Counted from the first letter of the stretch, positions 35,583 to 45,437 are shown. The stretch: DNA of 64,000 nucleotides from a virus (IMGVR_UViG_3300030330_006525:32001-96000); one strand, 5' to 3'. Translations and numbers: made by a program. The notes: generated from the sequence alone by a model not told the origin.

Positions 35583-36818
35583 TTAGACGACTTGAGCAGT
35601 ATTTCGCCAATGGTTTGCATTTTTAACTGATTCCGGAATCTTTAACAAAAGTTCATTTCTCACTTTTACTCTCTTTTCCGAATCTTTAACATCCGTAGAA
35701 TAATAGCAGTAGTAATTGGCCTTGCTCTCCTTTGGATTTTTCTTTAGTTTATTTCCGTAGTCTAAATGACTTTGCCTTGTCAAGTCGCCATGTGCAGTAG
35801 AGACAATATCGTATACTGCTGCATGAAAGTCGCGACTAGACTGACAGAAACTCCTTAAGTTTGGCAGGTTGTTTTCGACCACCATTAATCTATAAACAGA
35901 ACACAAGGCCCAAAAGAAAGGCATTGTCACTTTATTGAAGTTTCCTGTTTCCTCGTCGGTTCCAGCATGCTGAATAACCTTATCGAGCCATTCGAACATC
36001 TTATGTACATCTGCCGAAAATGTAGTTCCATAGTAACCAATGTTAATCAGCCCCTGTCCAATACCATGCTCGTAAAATTGGTCTAAGCCGTTTTCGCTAA
36101 ATGCGAGGTCGCACTGACCAGACTTTAACTCTGCACTCATGACTTTCGAGTGCAGAAAACATGCGGCCTTCAATGCTGTGTCCAAATCCTTCATCCGAGT
36201 TTTCGTAACAGACTCAACCCTCTCTACAAGAAAGGGATACTTGTCTGCAAGACTGCGAACAAACCTTGCAATCGGAGTATTTAAAGCATTACGCAACTCC
36301 ATCCTGTTAAGGGGCATACCTCCGTTTACAGCACGGAAAACCTCTGTCATTTGAGAATACGTTGCTTGGTAAATATCCACAACTAAAATTTCAGTATCTT
36401 CAAACGCCTTCTGCTCCTCCTCAGAAAGCTTTTTAAACAACTTTCGTTTACCGTCTGTAGAAAAACTGCTAGACGTAAACTTATTGTTTTTATACGCTTG
36501 AAGCGTACTTGTTCTATTTTGTCCATCTACTGAAACAAAATCAACATTATGAGACTCAATCGCATGTTGAAAGTCTCTCTGCTCTAGTGGTAAATCATTT
36601 TTTGAACAAAACTCTTCGCACGCATGAAGGTCCGCATTGATAATTGGGTTAACTGCATAACCCCTAACTAAGGAATTAAGAAACTTTTCCTTCTGAACTG
36701 TTTTCCAGCATGCTTTTCTTTGGAACCTTGGGTCCACATATGTTGCCCTGTTGAGCAAATCTTTTACTTTAATTTTCTTTTCTAGACATTTAATTTCTAA
36801 ATATTTTTGATTTTTCAT
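35583..36818 (-). CDS. DUF262 (ParB-like/GmrS N-terminal) domain protein
   Basis: PRFQR...W...FLNSL, VDGQNR, FRAVNGGMPLNRMELRNA. Confidence 0.85.
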   Translation of the reverse strand: MKNQKYLEIKCLEKKIKVKDLLNRATYVDPRFQRKACWKTVQKEKFLNSLVRGYAVNPIINADLHACEEFCSKNDLPLEQRDFQHAIESHNVDFVSVDGQNRTSTLQAYKNNKFTSSSFSTDGKRKLFKKLSEEEQKAFEDTEILVVDIYQATYSQMTEVFRAVNGGMPLNRMELRNALNTPIARFVRSLADKYPFLVERVESVTKTRMKDLDTALKAACFLHSKVMSAELKSGQCDLAFSENGLDQFYEHGIGQGLINIGYYGTTFSADVHKMFEWLDKVIQHAGTDEETGNFNKVTMPFFWALCSVYRLMVVENNLPNLRSFCQSSRDFHAAVYDIVSTAHGDLTRQSHLDYGNKLKKNPKESKANYYCYYSTDVKDSEKRVKVRNELLLKIPESVKNANHWRNTAQVV

Positions 36819-36854
36819 TTTTTTCTCCTATAATAATAATAAAAATATTCTAAC

Positions 36855-37075
36855 TAAATGGGAGCCAATAGCAGCGCAGATACTGGCTCCCTATTTTTTA
36901 TTATGTGGGAAAGCGCTATATTCCCTCTAGAATATTATAGCAGAATGGAAACTCACCATTATTCTCCTTTTCAGCCCTAAAACATGGGCACTTGAGGAAG
37001 TCAACTTGACTGTTGCTATTCGCCATGTCATTTGTTGCTTCCCGTATGAGTGATACTGTTTTGTTCAACTCATAT
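36855..37075 (-). ncRNA. Structured leader with several hairpins; cobalamin-riboswitch-like elements
   Basis: GTGCCC..GGGC-TGAAAAGGAGAA-TAATGGTGAGTTTCCATT...GAGCCAGTATCTGC; hairpin GGGAGCCA/TGGCTCCC. Confidence 0.35.
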
Positions 37076-37116
37076 ATATACTATATCATAATTCTGCAAA
37101 AAGTAAAATACTTTTT

Positions 37117-38979
37117 TCACATAAATTTAACTTCACAAACGCCGCCGGCACATGCCAGTTCGCCTGTTAAATCTGTATTATCAGTCTCTTCAATGACTTT
37201 GGTTAAATCAACTTCAATCAAAGATTGCATCATTGCCTCGTAAGTTTCCTTTGAACAATCCTCAAAAGGAGCTTGCGTGTATGTTCCGCCATCGTAAGGT
37301 AAGACTGAAAGGCCATTGTAAGAATCGCGGTTATCCCACATCCATTCTCCAACATCATTCCACTCTGCATCCTTAATTGAGATAGTTGCTGATACATTGT
37401 GGGTGTTTTGACCTTTTCTGAACCCAGGCTTTACCCATTCATCAGTAATCTTCTTAACTCTCTTGAGGAGCTGTAATGCAGATTCTGTTCTTAAGATCGC
37501 GCCCTCTGGTGCTCTCTGTGGAATAGAAATCACAGCTGTATCATGCGGCCTAAAGTATTCATCTTCAATAAGTTCTGGATGATTGTTAAGTAAGTAGTTG
37601 TAAATAGGTTCGTTCTTTCCAACTCTCACTCTTCTGATGTAGTGCTCTGCATGCCAAGCATGAATACCAGAACTTGTCCCTAAAGTTAAACTAGTTGTAC
37701 CTGCCGGCTTAACGCACGTTGTTCTTGCTGCTGGCTTGATACCAATTAGCTCTGCAACTCTCTTGTTTTCTTTTTTAACTTCATTTGCTGCAGCTTCCAT
37801 ATCTAAGTTTAAGACTTTACCTGAAGCGATGCCTGTCATACTCACGCCAACAAGCGCATCTTTCTCTGTATGTCTACGCCAAATATCTCTAAGATAATGG
37901 AAGTCTGTGTAACTGGCCTGCAGTGTTCCAATAAAGGTTGCAGCTCTAACTCTCTCGTTTAAATCCTCTTGTGTCTCAACATTAGAAACATTGACTTCTG
38001 TTAAGTTACAGAACTGGTAAGGTCTCAATCCGATTTCGCAGCAAGGGTTTGTTCCCCAGTCTTTATCGTTCGAGAAATAGAATCCAGGTTCACCAGCGCC
38101 AGAAGCTTTCACTCTCTCCCACAAGTCCATAAAATATTCTTTATCAATCTTGTGTCTCAACAAAACCACCGAATTGTTTGCGCGGCCTCTTTGTGGATTC
38201 TTTTCCCACCAATTACCAGCCTTTGCAGAAATCATATCTTGGTCATCTGCGGAAAAAAGAGAAATAAGTGCTGCCCTGCGAATACCACCAGCTAATACTG
38301 CATCTGCAATATGGCAAACAATATCATGAACTTCAATGGAGGTTAGTTTATCTCCGTCATTCTTCTCTGAAAGGATACCTTCTAGTTTTACAAGACACTC
38401 TCTAAGAGGTTGTGGACCAGGAGCCTGGCCACCTGACGTCACCAATCTTGCGCCCTTTGGTCTAATATCGGAATAATCGAAACGAAGCCTTGAGCCTCCC
38501 TGGAAATAGGAACGCATCAAAGTTTTAACTGCATTTGCCCAACCCTCAATAGAATCACCAACCAAAAACCTTCTGGTTCTGTCTGGGTTTGGTTTTCTAA
38601 TCTCAGGCAACTTTTCTACGTGATGATGTTGAACACTATATCCAACACCCGTACCACCCAAAAGCAAGAACATAACTTCACTGAAAGAATTCCAGTGGTC
38701 TATTGGCAAAAAAGCACAATTGAAAATTCTATTTGGAGCAACTTCGATTGGCTTACCACCAAACTGCATAGACCTCATTGAAGGCAAGACCTTCTTGTCT
38801 AAAACATATTTGTACGCGCCTCTAATCTGCAGCTCCAAACCTGGAAACTTCTTTAAATGCATGTCCATGTTTCTGGTTACTAGCTCTTCCCATGTCTCTC
38901 TTCTATTTAATTCTGGCAAATATCTGGCATACTTCATATAAACAGTAATGTCAGATAAAATTTCGTTCGATAATTCCAT
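37117..38979 (-). CDS. nrdJ: Class II (adenosylcobalamin-dependent) ribonucleotide reductase
   Basis: RETWEE, PSMR, FNCAF, GGTGVG, GGIRRAALISL, TNPCCEI, CNLTE, VKPAGT, C-terminal CAGGVC. Confidence 0.93.
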   Translation of the reverse strand: MELSNEILSDITVYMKYARYLPELNRRETWEELVTRNMDMHLKKFPGLELQIRGAYKYVLDKKVLPSMRSMQFGGKPIEVAPNRIFNCAFLPIDHWNSFSEVMFLLLGGTGVGYSVQHHHVEKLPEIRKPNPDRTRRFLVGDSIEGWANAVKTLMRSYFQGGSRLRFDYSDIRPKGARLVTSGGQAPGPQPLRECLVKLEGILSEKNDGDKLTSIEVHDIVCHIADAVLAGGIRRAALISLFSADDQDMISAKAGNWWEKNPQRGRANNSVVLLRHKIDKEYFMDLWERVKASGAGEPGFYFSNDKDWGTNPCCEIGLRPYQFCNLTEVNVSNVETQEDLNERVRAATFIGTLQASYTDFHYLRDIWRRHTEKDALVGVSMTGIASGKVLNLDMEAAANEVKKENKRVAELIGIKPAARTTCVKPAGTTSLTLGTSSGIHAWHAEHYIRRVRVGKNEPIYNYLLNNHPELIEDEYFRPHDTAVISIPQRAPEGAILRTESALQLLKRVKKITDEWVKPGFRKGQNTHNVSATISIKDAEWNDVGEWMWDNRDSYNGLSVLPYDGGTYTQAPFEDCSKETYEAMMQSLIEVDLTKVIEETDNTDLTGELACAGGVCEVKFM

Positions 38980-38996
38980 CTCTTATACCTCTCCTT

Positions 38997-40364
38997 TTAT
39001 TTTTTAAATTGTTTATATTTCTCTTGCAATCTCTTTTTCTGTTCAGCTGCAACTTTCTGAACGAGATTCTCAACTGTATTATCGTCTTTCTCTAAAACTT
39101 TAATTTTGACTGTAGACGTATCCATGAATATTGGATACACAAGACCATCGGGTCCATTTCTATTTTTTGCTACGAATATTCTACCAGCATTTGTGTTTTT
39201 ATCTTCAACTGTTCTCGATACAGTAAAAATAAGGTCGGCTACAAAACATTTGTTGAATGCTTCTGATATTGATTCCATAGTAATTACTTCTGCGTTTAAT
39301 CCTGACCTGTTAGTTTGACTTGCTGTCCATATGGGGCATGCACAGATTTGAGCCAAACCACGTAACTCTTCATAAATAGTTTCGAGTTGATGCCTTTTCT
39401 CATCTTTTCCTCCGCCAGCCGGTTTTATTAAGTCTCCATAATCCACAATAATCAAGTCTGGCTTAAATGCTCTATTGCTTAGTTTCTCCAAGTGATTCTT
39501 AATAGTCTGTATAGTAGCAGACCTTGTTGGGTATTCCTTAACTATAAGTCTACCTGGAATGTCTTTGACCTCTTTATAAATCTCATCTTTGAAATGTATG
39601 ATTTGACTTAAAGAGCGCTCCGTCAAACAACTATCATATCTCTGAGCAACAATTGTATCTGCAAGCTCCAATGTATAATGAACTACATTAAGACCCTGCC
39701 TCAAGGCTTGGGCACCCAAATGAACCAACACCATTGATTTACCTGCACCTGTTGGAGCGATAACAACTCCGAGTTCTCCGGTGCCCAAACCACCTTTTGT
39801 AATGTCGTCTATCTTTTTCCAACCAGAAGTCACTGGATTCCTAGCTTTAATCTGGAACCTTTGCTCGAAATCTTTTAGATAATCATATCCAAAATCATTA
39901 TCACTTCCTAGTTTAATCGCGTCATTAATAACGCTAGCAACTTCGTCAAATGATGACTTCTTGATTAAGTCAACAGATTTCATTAATGCTTCTTTTAGCT
40001 TCTGCTTTCTACAGAAATCCAAGGCTGTGTCTTTGACATATAAAGATTCTTCTATCTCTTCTCCATACGCTAAGACTCTTGCATAATATTCTCTAATCCG
40101 CTTCTTAATAGCTTCTGGTTCATGTTCCATGCTAGTTCTGATAATGCTTTGCATTATTTCACTGGTCGGATGGACCTTATACTTTTTACGATATTTCTGA
40201 ATTTCAGATACAAAAACCCTCAAATATTTAAGCTCAAGAAACCCTATATCCAATACTTCAAATATTTGATCGGCAAAAGCTCTGTCGGTCAAAATAAGAT
40301 AGCACAATTTTTCTTGGAAAGAACTTCCATACTTTGAAAGGTTTTCCCTCTCTTCAAACCCCAT
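38997..40364 (-). CDS. Replicative helicase, DnaB/T4 gp41-like
   Basis: APTGAGKS, TLEL, IVDYGDL, WTASQTNR, KNRNG. Confidence 0.93.
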   Translation of the reverse strand: MGFEERENLSKYGSSFQEKLCYLILTDRAFADQIFEVLDIGFLELKYLRVFVSEIQKYRKKYKVHPTSEIMQSIIRTSMEHEPEAIKKRIREYYARVLAYGEEIEESLYVKDTALDFCRKQKLKEALMKSVDLIKKSSFDEVASVINDAIKLGSDNDFGYDYLKDFEQRFQIKARNPVTSGWKKIDDITKGGLGTGELGVVIAPTGAGKSMVLVHLGAQALRQGLNVVHYTLELADTIVAQRYDSCLTERSLSQIIHFKDEIYKEVKDIPGRLIVKEYPTRSATIQTIKNHLEKLSNRAFKPDLIIVDYGDLIKPAGGGKDEKRHQLETIYEELRGLAQICACPIWTASQTNRSGLNAEVITMESISEAFNKCFVADLIFTVSRTVEDKNTNAGRIFVAKNRNGPDGLVYPIFMDTSTVKIKVLEKDDNTVENLVQKVAAEQKKRLQEKYKQFKK

Positions 40365-40377
40365 ATGATACTGCCCC

Positions 40378-41358
40378 TTAAAATATCTCTAAACACTTAT
40401 CTATATTAAAACATATTTTGTTGAAAACTTCAAACAAATTATCCAAATTTATTTCACCAAAACCATCCTTTATAAGCATCGCTCTGAAATTGGTTTTATT
40501 AAACTCTGGCTGCCATTCATCCAATATACTAATTACCCTCTCCTTGGTTTGAGCAGACAAAGATGGTGATGAGAGTTGCATGATGTCATAGTTTAAATCA
40601 ACAGTATCTTTTGATTCTAGAATATTTCGATATACTTTCAGTCTAGAATCTACGTTCTTTTCACAGTGACTATAAATATCCGTAAGGTAATATTCATTTT
40701 CTTCTCGCAAAAATGGAAATCTCTTGCTAGCTGTTTTGATTCCAACACCAGAGACTCCATCCAAATTATCACTCTTATCACCGGCCATGGCTCTTGCTAA
40801 AACAAAATTAGCTGGATGTATGCCGTATTCATCAACAACCCTCTTTGTATTCAAAATCTGAGACTGTGTTGGCCTATAAAGAATAGTCTTATCATCCAAA
40901 ACCTGAATGAAGTCTTTATCACTAGACACAATAACTTTTTGCCAATCTGTATATCTCTGGTGTTTTGCAACATATGCAATAACATCATCGGCTTCTACAT
41001 ATGGCTCTCGAAACTGTACAATAGGAGTATTGTTTAGGTATTCAAATGCCTTTAATTGCTGCCATTGCCTGTTCTCTGCTTCTTCTTGTTGTGTTAAATT
41101 GTTAACACCTCTGTTCAATCTTGGCGGAGTTCGACCAGCTTTATAATTCTTGTTCTTTGCTTTTCTCTTTTTGCTGCCACCTTCACCGTCCCACACTACT
41201 ACAATCTTATCTGGCTTTATCTCTCTGGTTAACTTATTGAGTATCTTCATAAATCCCTTGACTCCACCAATTGGGAAGCCGTTTGATGAAACACTCGGGT
41301 CAACTATGTACGAGCGCAAAAACTGATTATGCGCGTCAACTATCATCATTCTTTTCAT
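40378..41358 (-). CDS. 5'-3' exonuclease/flap endonuclease (Pol I N-terminal / T4 RNase H-like)
   Basis: IVDAHN, VVWDG, YKAGR, EADDVIAY, SSDKDFIQ, GDKSDNLDGVSGVGIKTA. Confidence 0.95.
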   Translation of the reverse strand: MKRMMIVDAHNQFLRSYIVDPSVSSNGFPIGGVKGFMKILNKLTREIKPDKIVVVWDGEGGSKKRKAKNKNYKAGRTPPRLNRGVNNLTQQEEAENRQWQQLKAFEYLNNTPIVQFREPYVEADDVIAYVAKHQRYTDWQKVIVSSDKDFIQVLDDKTILYRPTQSQILNTKRVVDEYGIHPANFVLARAMAGDKSDNLDGVSGVGIKTASKRFPFLREENEYYLTDIYSHCEKNVDSRLKVYRNILESKDTVDLNYDIMQLSSPSLSAQTKERVISILDEWQPEFNKTNFRAMLIKDGFGEINLDNLFEVFNKICFNIDKCLEIF

Positions 41359-41370
41359 ACTATTCCTTTC

Positions 41371-41410
41371 AAAAAAAAACCTCAAGTATAAGGTTATTAT
41401 ACTTGAGGTT
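41371..41410 (-). terminator. Terminator after recA: 14-bp perfect inverted repeat plus U9, overlapping promoter TTGACT-N17-TATAAT (41396-41424)
   Basis: AACCTCAAGTATAA/TTATACTTGAGGTT read directly. Confidence 0.75.
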
Positions 41411-41446
41411 TAGGGGCAAGTCAAGAACTATATTTAGGGAGGGCAG

Positions 41447-42571
41447 TTAGTCCTTGACAGGAGGGTCCTCAGAATCGTAGTAATCTTCAGCCTTCCCAGT
41501 TCTATTATCAAATTTCATTATAATATCTTCTTCCATTATTTTTAAGACCCTATTATAAAACTTTTCATCTTTTAGCTTTTCAATCCAGTTCTTTCTCTGA
41601 AACTTCTCTTCTGTTCCATCTTCATAAACTAGAGCAAACCAAGCACCAGATTGTTTCATATTATCAGAAATTTGAATTGCTTCAAACCAACTTTCGCGGT
41701 CTTGAATTCCAATCTCCTCATCACCCCATAAGATTTTAAATACACAATTTCTACCTTGTGTACCAAATCTTGACTTTTCTAGCTTGGCCTTTACTTCTGA
41801 GCCAATCCTAAAACCGTTATCATCTGTAACAAATGCAGCTTTAGCCTTTCGACCGGTCAACCAGATACGCAAAGAATATGCATAATGCATAGCCTTGCCG
41901 CCAGGTGTTACCCAAGGAGTAACCATAGCTTCTGATGGACTTCTTGTAATGTTAGTCTTCAACTGATTTAAAACTAGAAACGTTGCTTGACTATTAGCAA
42001 TAGGAACAGTTAATTTAGACATACCTTTTGAAAGGATTCTTGGCTTCACAGCCATAGAAGACTGTGGATTGAAGTCACCTTCCAAGTCAGAGATTGATGG
42101 AGTCAGTGCTAACGAATCCCAAATAAAGAGCCACTTATTGTCTGCTGACAACAACTCTTCAATAGTTTCTAGCACAAACTCTACATTCTCTGCTTGGATA
42201 TAGGTAAGTCTTTCTAGATCACACCCAGTTCTTTCTAAGAAAGAAGGGTCAATTGCTGATTCAGAATCAAAGTAAACTACATCAATACCCATCTTTTGAG
42301 CATTAGCTGCCACTTGTGCAGCCATAAATGATTTACCTGTGGCTTCCAAACCAGCAATTTCACTAATCTTTCCAACTGGAATTCCTGCTAACTGACCCTT
42401 ACAAATAATTGAATCAAGCCATCGAGACCCGGTAGGAATCCACTCTTTAACTTCTGTAGGATTATCCTGCTGAAGACTGTGAGCAATTTTCCTACCTGCT
42501 TTCTTATTGAGAGCCTTTTGAATCTCTGCAATATTTAATTTACCAGGCTTTATTTTAGTGACCTTAGACAT
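41447..42571 (-). CDS. recA: RecA/UvsX recombinase
   Basis: PTGSRWLD, GLEATGKS, YFDSE, IWDSL, LNQLK, TPGGKA. Confidence 0.95.
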   Translation of the reverse strand: MSKVTKIKPGKLNIAEIQKALNKKAGRKIAHSLQQDNPTEVKEWIPTGSRWLDSIICKGQLAGIPVGKISEIAGLEATGKSFMAAQVAANAQKMGIDVVYFDSESAIDPSFLERTGCDLERLTYIQAENVEFVLETIEELLSADNKWLFIWDSLALTPSISDLEGDFNPQSSMAVKPRILSKGMSKLTVPIANSQATFLVLNQLKTNITRSPSEAMVTPWVTPGGKAMHYAYSLRIWLTGRKAKAAFVTDDNGFRIGSEVKAKLEKSRFGTQGRNCVFKILWGDEEIGIQDRESWFEAIQISDNMKQSGAWFALVYEDGTEEKFQRKNWIEKLKDEKFYNRVLKIMEEDIIMKFDNRTGKAEDYYDSEDPPVKD

Positions 42572-42577
42572 TTATAA

Positions 42578-43324
42578 TTAACTCCCCAGAAGCTCGTTAA
42601 AGCTCTGTTCAACTGCATCCACAACATTGTTGTTCGAATTATCCCCATACTTCTCAACATCTTCTGATTCCGCAGAAATATGCTGGTCCAAGATAGCCTG
42701 AACTTCCTCTGTTGTCTTTCTTTCAAAGATAGCATCAAAGTTTGGAATAGTCTCCATCAACTCTGCACACTTCTCTTCTCCACCAATTGCATCATCACAA
42801 AGTGGTGTCTTTCGTGGACGAGGACGGATATCTGTCCTTGGGAAAGAAGCACCCGCTGGCTTTCCATAAGTCAACTTAAGGTCGTTGCCTTCTTCCAAGT
42901 CTGTGATATCTCCATAGTCTGGGTCAAGAACAATATTGAGAAGACTTTCATAAGCCATCTTTCCATAACCCCAAACCTTTACACCTTCAGCTTCCTCGCC
43001 TCTCACCAACACTGGAGAGAAGAATCTCTGCTTGGCCATAAAATTCTTGGCCATCTTCTTGCTGTCCTCAGTTCCTTCATTCCACAATTGACTTGCGAAA
43101 TCACAAACTGGACAACTGTCTCCAAAGTTTCTCTTTGGACAAAGGAACCCGGCTTGTCCCACATTATAGTGAAACCACCTATCCTTGAAAGGGTCGCCAT
43201 CAGCTGTAGGAAGAATACGAATATTGCTTTCCCCATCTTGTGGTCTCCAAAAGTTGTTGCGCTTCTTGTCAGCGCCTGTTACACTTGCGAGCTTTGAACG
43301 CATCGCATCTAAATTAAGAGCCAT
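42578..43324 (-). CDS. Single-stranded DNA-binding protein, T4 gp32-like
   Basis: FWRP, IRILP, H..CP...CPVC Zn site, DITDLEEGNDL, acidic C-terminus. Confidence 0.85.
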   Translation of the reverse strand: MALNLDAMRSKLASVTGADKKRNNFWRPQDGESNIRILPTADGDPFKDRWFHYNVGQAGFLCPKRNFGDSCPVCDFASQLWNEGTEDSKKMAKNFMAKQRFFSPVLVRGEEAEGVKVWGYGKMAYESLLNIVLDPDYGDITDLEEGNDLKLTYGKPAGASFPRTDIRPRPRKTPLCDDAIGGEEKCAELMETIPNFDAIFERKTTEEVQAILDQHISAESEDVEKYGDNSNNNVVDAVEQSFNELLGS

Positions 43325-43390
43325 AATAAACCTCCTTTATTGTTTTGTTTTTTTGCTCTATTGGCTATAGCAAGTCGGCAAATGTCCCGA

Positions 43391-44242
43391 CTAACTGATT
43401 TCTATATCCTGTGTTATGTTTGTGCCCTCTAGACATATGCCGTATGACATATCGTGACTAGATTTAAAAACCGCAAAGGTTTTAACTATTTCATCATTTT
43501 CAGATGATATTCTATCCCTAATTTTTTGTACTAAACTTACATCTTCTTCTAATTGCTTATTTGGTATATTCCAATAATACCTCTTTTCCTTTACATTTTT
43601 AAGAGGAAAAAACATATTTTCTTCATCTCTCTCTGTGTCAAAAGCTCCAACACTGAATATCTTTACTATCTCTTCGAACTCATCAAGCGTTGACATTACT
43701 GGTTCTGTGTTCTCAAATACGTTCACCATATGAGTGTAATAAGCAACTGTATAATTTATCTTATCAAAATAATCGCTGAGTGTCAAGTTTTTTATTGTTT
43801 TTTCTATCAAAATATTATCGTAAAGATAAACCCTATTTAAAAGACCAGACCTTGCATAATGTTGGAGAACATTTCTTACTAAGTTTTCTTGTAACTTTTT
43901 CTTTACAGAAAGAATCTCTACATCAGGTTTAATATAAACAATATCTACTTTACACCCCTTATTAGAAACAAGCTCCTCTAAAACTCTTAATGAACCACCC
44001 GTAATAAGAGAAGCACCAGACAAAACTACAATTACTTCTTTGTTGATAGATTTAAAAAAAGAACCCAAAGCTGGAAAGTTCATTTCAAATAACTCAGGCT
44101 CTTTAAAGTTTTTAATAGTCTTGTTTCTTGTGCCCTTTGGAAGCTCGCTTGAATCTATTTTCCAAACCTTATAATTTGACCATTCAGAAAACTTATCTGC
44201 AATCTTGCAGCCGATACCACCAAGCCCCACAACTGAAATCAT
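43391..44242 (-). CDS. Divergent tubulin/FtsZ-like (PhuZ/TubZ-like) protein
   Basis: VVGLGGIGCKIA, KIDS, VYIKP, LYDN; signature loop eroded to SGASLITGGS. Confidence 0.65.
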   Translation of the reverse strand: MISVVGLGGIGCKIADKFSEWSNYKVWKIDSSELPKGTRNKTIKNFKEPELFEMNFPALGSFFKSINKEVIVVLSGASLITGGSLRVLEELVSNKGCKVDIVYIKPDVEILSVKKKLQENLVRNVLQHYARSGLLNRVYLYDNILIEKTIKNLTLSDYFDKINYTVAYYTHMVNVFENTEPVMSTLDEFEEIVKIFSVGAFDTERDEENMFFPLKNVKEKRYYWNIPNKQLEEDVSLVQKIRDRISSENDEIVKTFAVFKSSHDMSYGICLEGTNITQDIEIS

Positions 44243-45399
44243 ATTTTAATTTCCTTCATTGCCCCGAAGTTATTACCAGACCTCATATTTAAATCATATG
44301 AGCCTACCTTTGTATCTTTGAAGATATCAATGATTTCTGGTATTATCTTAACATCTTCGCGGCAAAAGTCAAGAACAATCGAATCGTGCAACAAAAAATA
44401 TACGTTGCTTGTTTTGTCCTTCAAAAGTTCTTTTATCTTTGCCGCACCCTCTAATACTACATCATTTGTAATCGATTGTAAAGAGTAATTTACAACTTTT
44501 TCTCGGGAACATTCAATTTTTCTCCCAAAAGGAGTTTCAATGCTTTCACCATCATAAAACTTTTCAATGATATATTGTCGGTCATATTCTTGATCTAAGA
44601 ATAGATTTGTCTTATTTAAATCATACAGCCAGGAAAAGAACTTGACTTTAGCTTCTTCTCTGGGTATTCCTCTAAATACATGCTTTGCATTATACGTATG
44701 AATGTCACCCTTCATATCAAAATCAATCAGATTAAGAAATGTTCTAGCCTCTGCCGAATTTAAATCAAATTCCAATAACAAGTCGTTGTTGGGCTCAATA
44801 CACTCTCTAAACTTTTTTGGTAAAGTCAAGACAGGAAACGAATTCTTTTTTGTTGTTAGTCTGCCTGTTTTAGTTCCAAAGAGATTATAAAGTATGCTGT
44901 TCTTTCTGGAAACTCTGTTTAACAAGTTTATATCTTGCTTTGAAGATATATGCTTTTTAAAGGAATCTAAATTAATATTGGCAATATTGCAAGAAATTGA
45001 TTCTAAAAGCTCATGACAATCTCTTAAGTGATAATATAAATTGTTTTTTTCAAAATTATCGTCAATTGTTTGACACAAGGTATTTAATTGATTGTAATAT
45101 TTTCTCAATATATTTTCTGGAATTAAGTCAAAGAAGCAATTATCATTTAAATCTACTTTCGCTGTTATAAAACTTTTATGAAATGCTTTTAGTTTTGTGA
45201 AGCCATCTAACTCATAAGATTCTAAGTTTTTGCCTTCTGCCATCAGCCAAGCATAATCTACTTCTTGTTCAGATAATGCTGGTGATTTCTTCCATGTCAA
45301 GAACCTCTTGTTTGAAAACTGTTCTAAGTTTTCTGTGAATTGATTTTCAACATAGAAGTTTTTGCAGCCGGATTTTGTATCAATAGTTTGCAAGATCAT
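44239..45399 (-). CDS. Compact family A DNA polymerase-like protein
   Basis: TKTGRL, motif A FDLNSAEAR, DIH, motif B REEAK...WLY, TPFGRK, NYSLQS, motif C LHDSIV. Confidence 0.85.
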   Translation of the reverse strand: MILQTIDTKSGCKNFYVENQFTENLEQFSNKRFLTWKKSPALSEQEVDYAWLMAEGKNLESYELDGFTKLKAFHKSFITAKVDLNDNCFFDLIPENILRKYYNQLNTLCQTIDDNFEKNNLYYHLRDCHELLESISCNIANINLDSFKKHISSKQDINLLNRVSRKNSILYNLFGTKTGRLTTKKNSFPVLTLPKKFRECIEPNNDLLLEFDLNSAEARTFLNLIDFDMKGDIHTYNAKHVFRGIPREEAKVKFFSWLYDLNKTNLFLDQEYDRQYIIEKFYDGESIETPFGRKIECSREKVVNYSLQSITNDVVLEGAAKIKELLKDKTSNVYFLLHDSIVLDFCREDVKIIPEIIDIFKDTKVGSYDLNMRSGNNFGAMKEIKI

Positions 45400-45405
45400 A
45401 ATAAT

Positions 45406-45434
45406 AAGATATCACGGAAAAACAAGAAAGTCAA
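45406..45434 (-). promoter_or_regulatory. Sigma70-like promoter TTGACT-N17-TATCTT directly before the PolA-like start (possibly leaderless mRNA)
   Basis: -10 ends 6 nt before ATG; no SD. Confidence 0.55.
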
Positions 45435-45437
45435 CAA

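Noticed and set aside
25901-42571. Inteins or introns in dnaE, nrdJ, helicase, recA
   Set aside because: Lengths are ordinary, motifs are contiguous, and no intein splice-junction or LAGLIDADG motifs are visible.
43391-44242. Nucleus-forming (chimallin) phage inferred from tubulin
   Set aside because: No chimallin or phage multisubunit RNAP is recognisable here; promoters are host sigma70-type and tail genes are T4-like.
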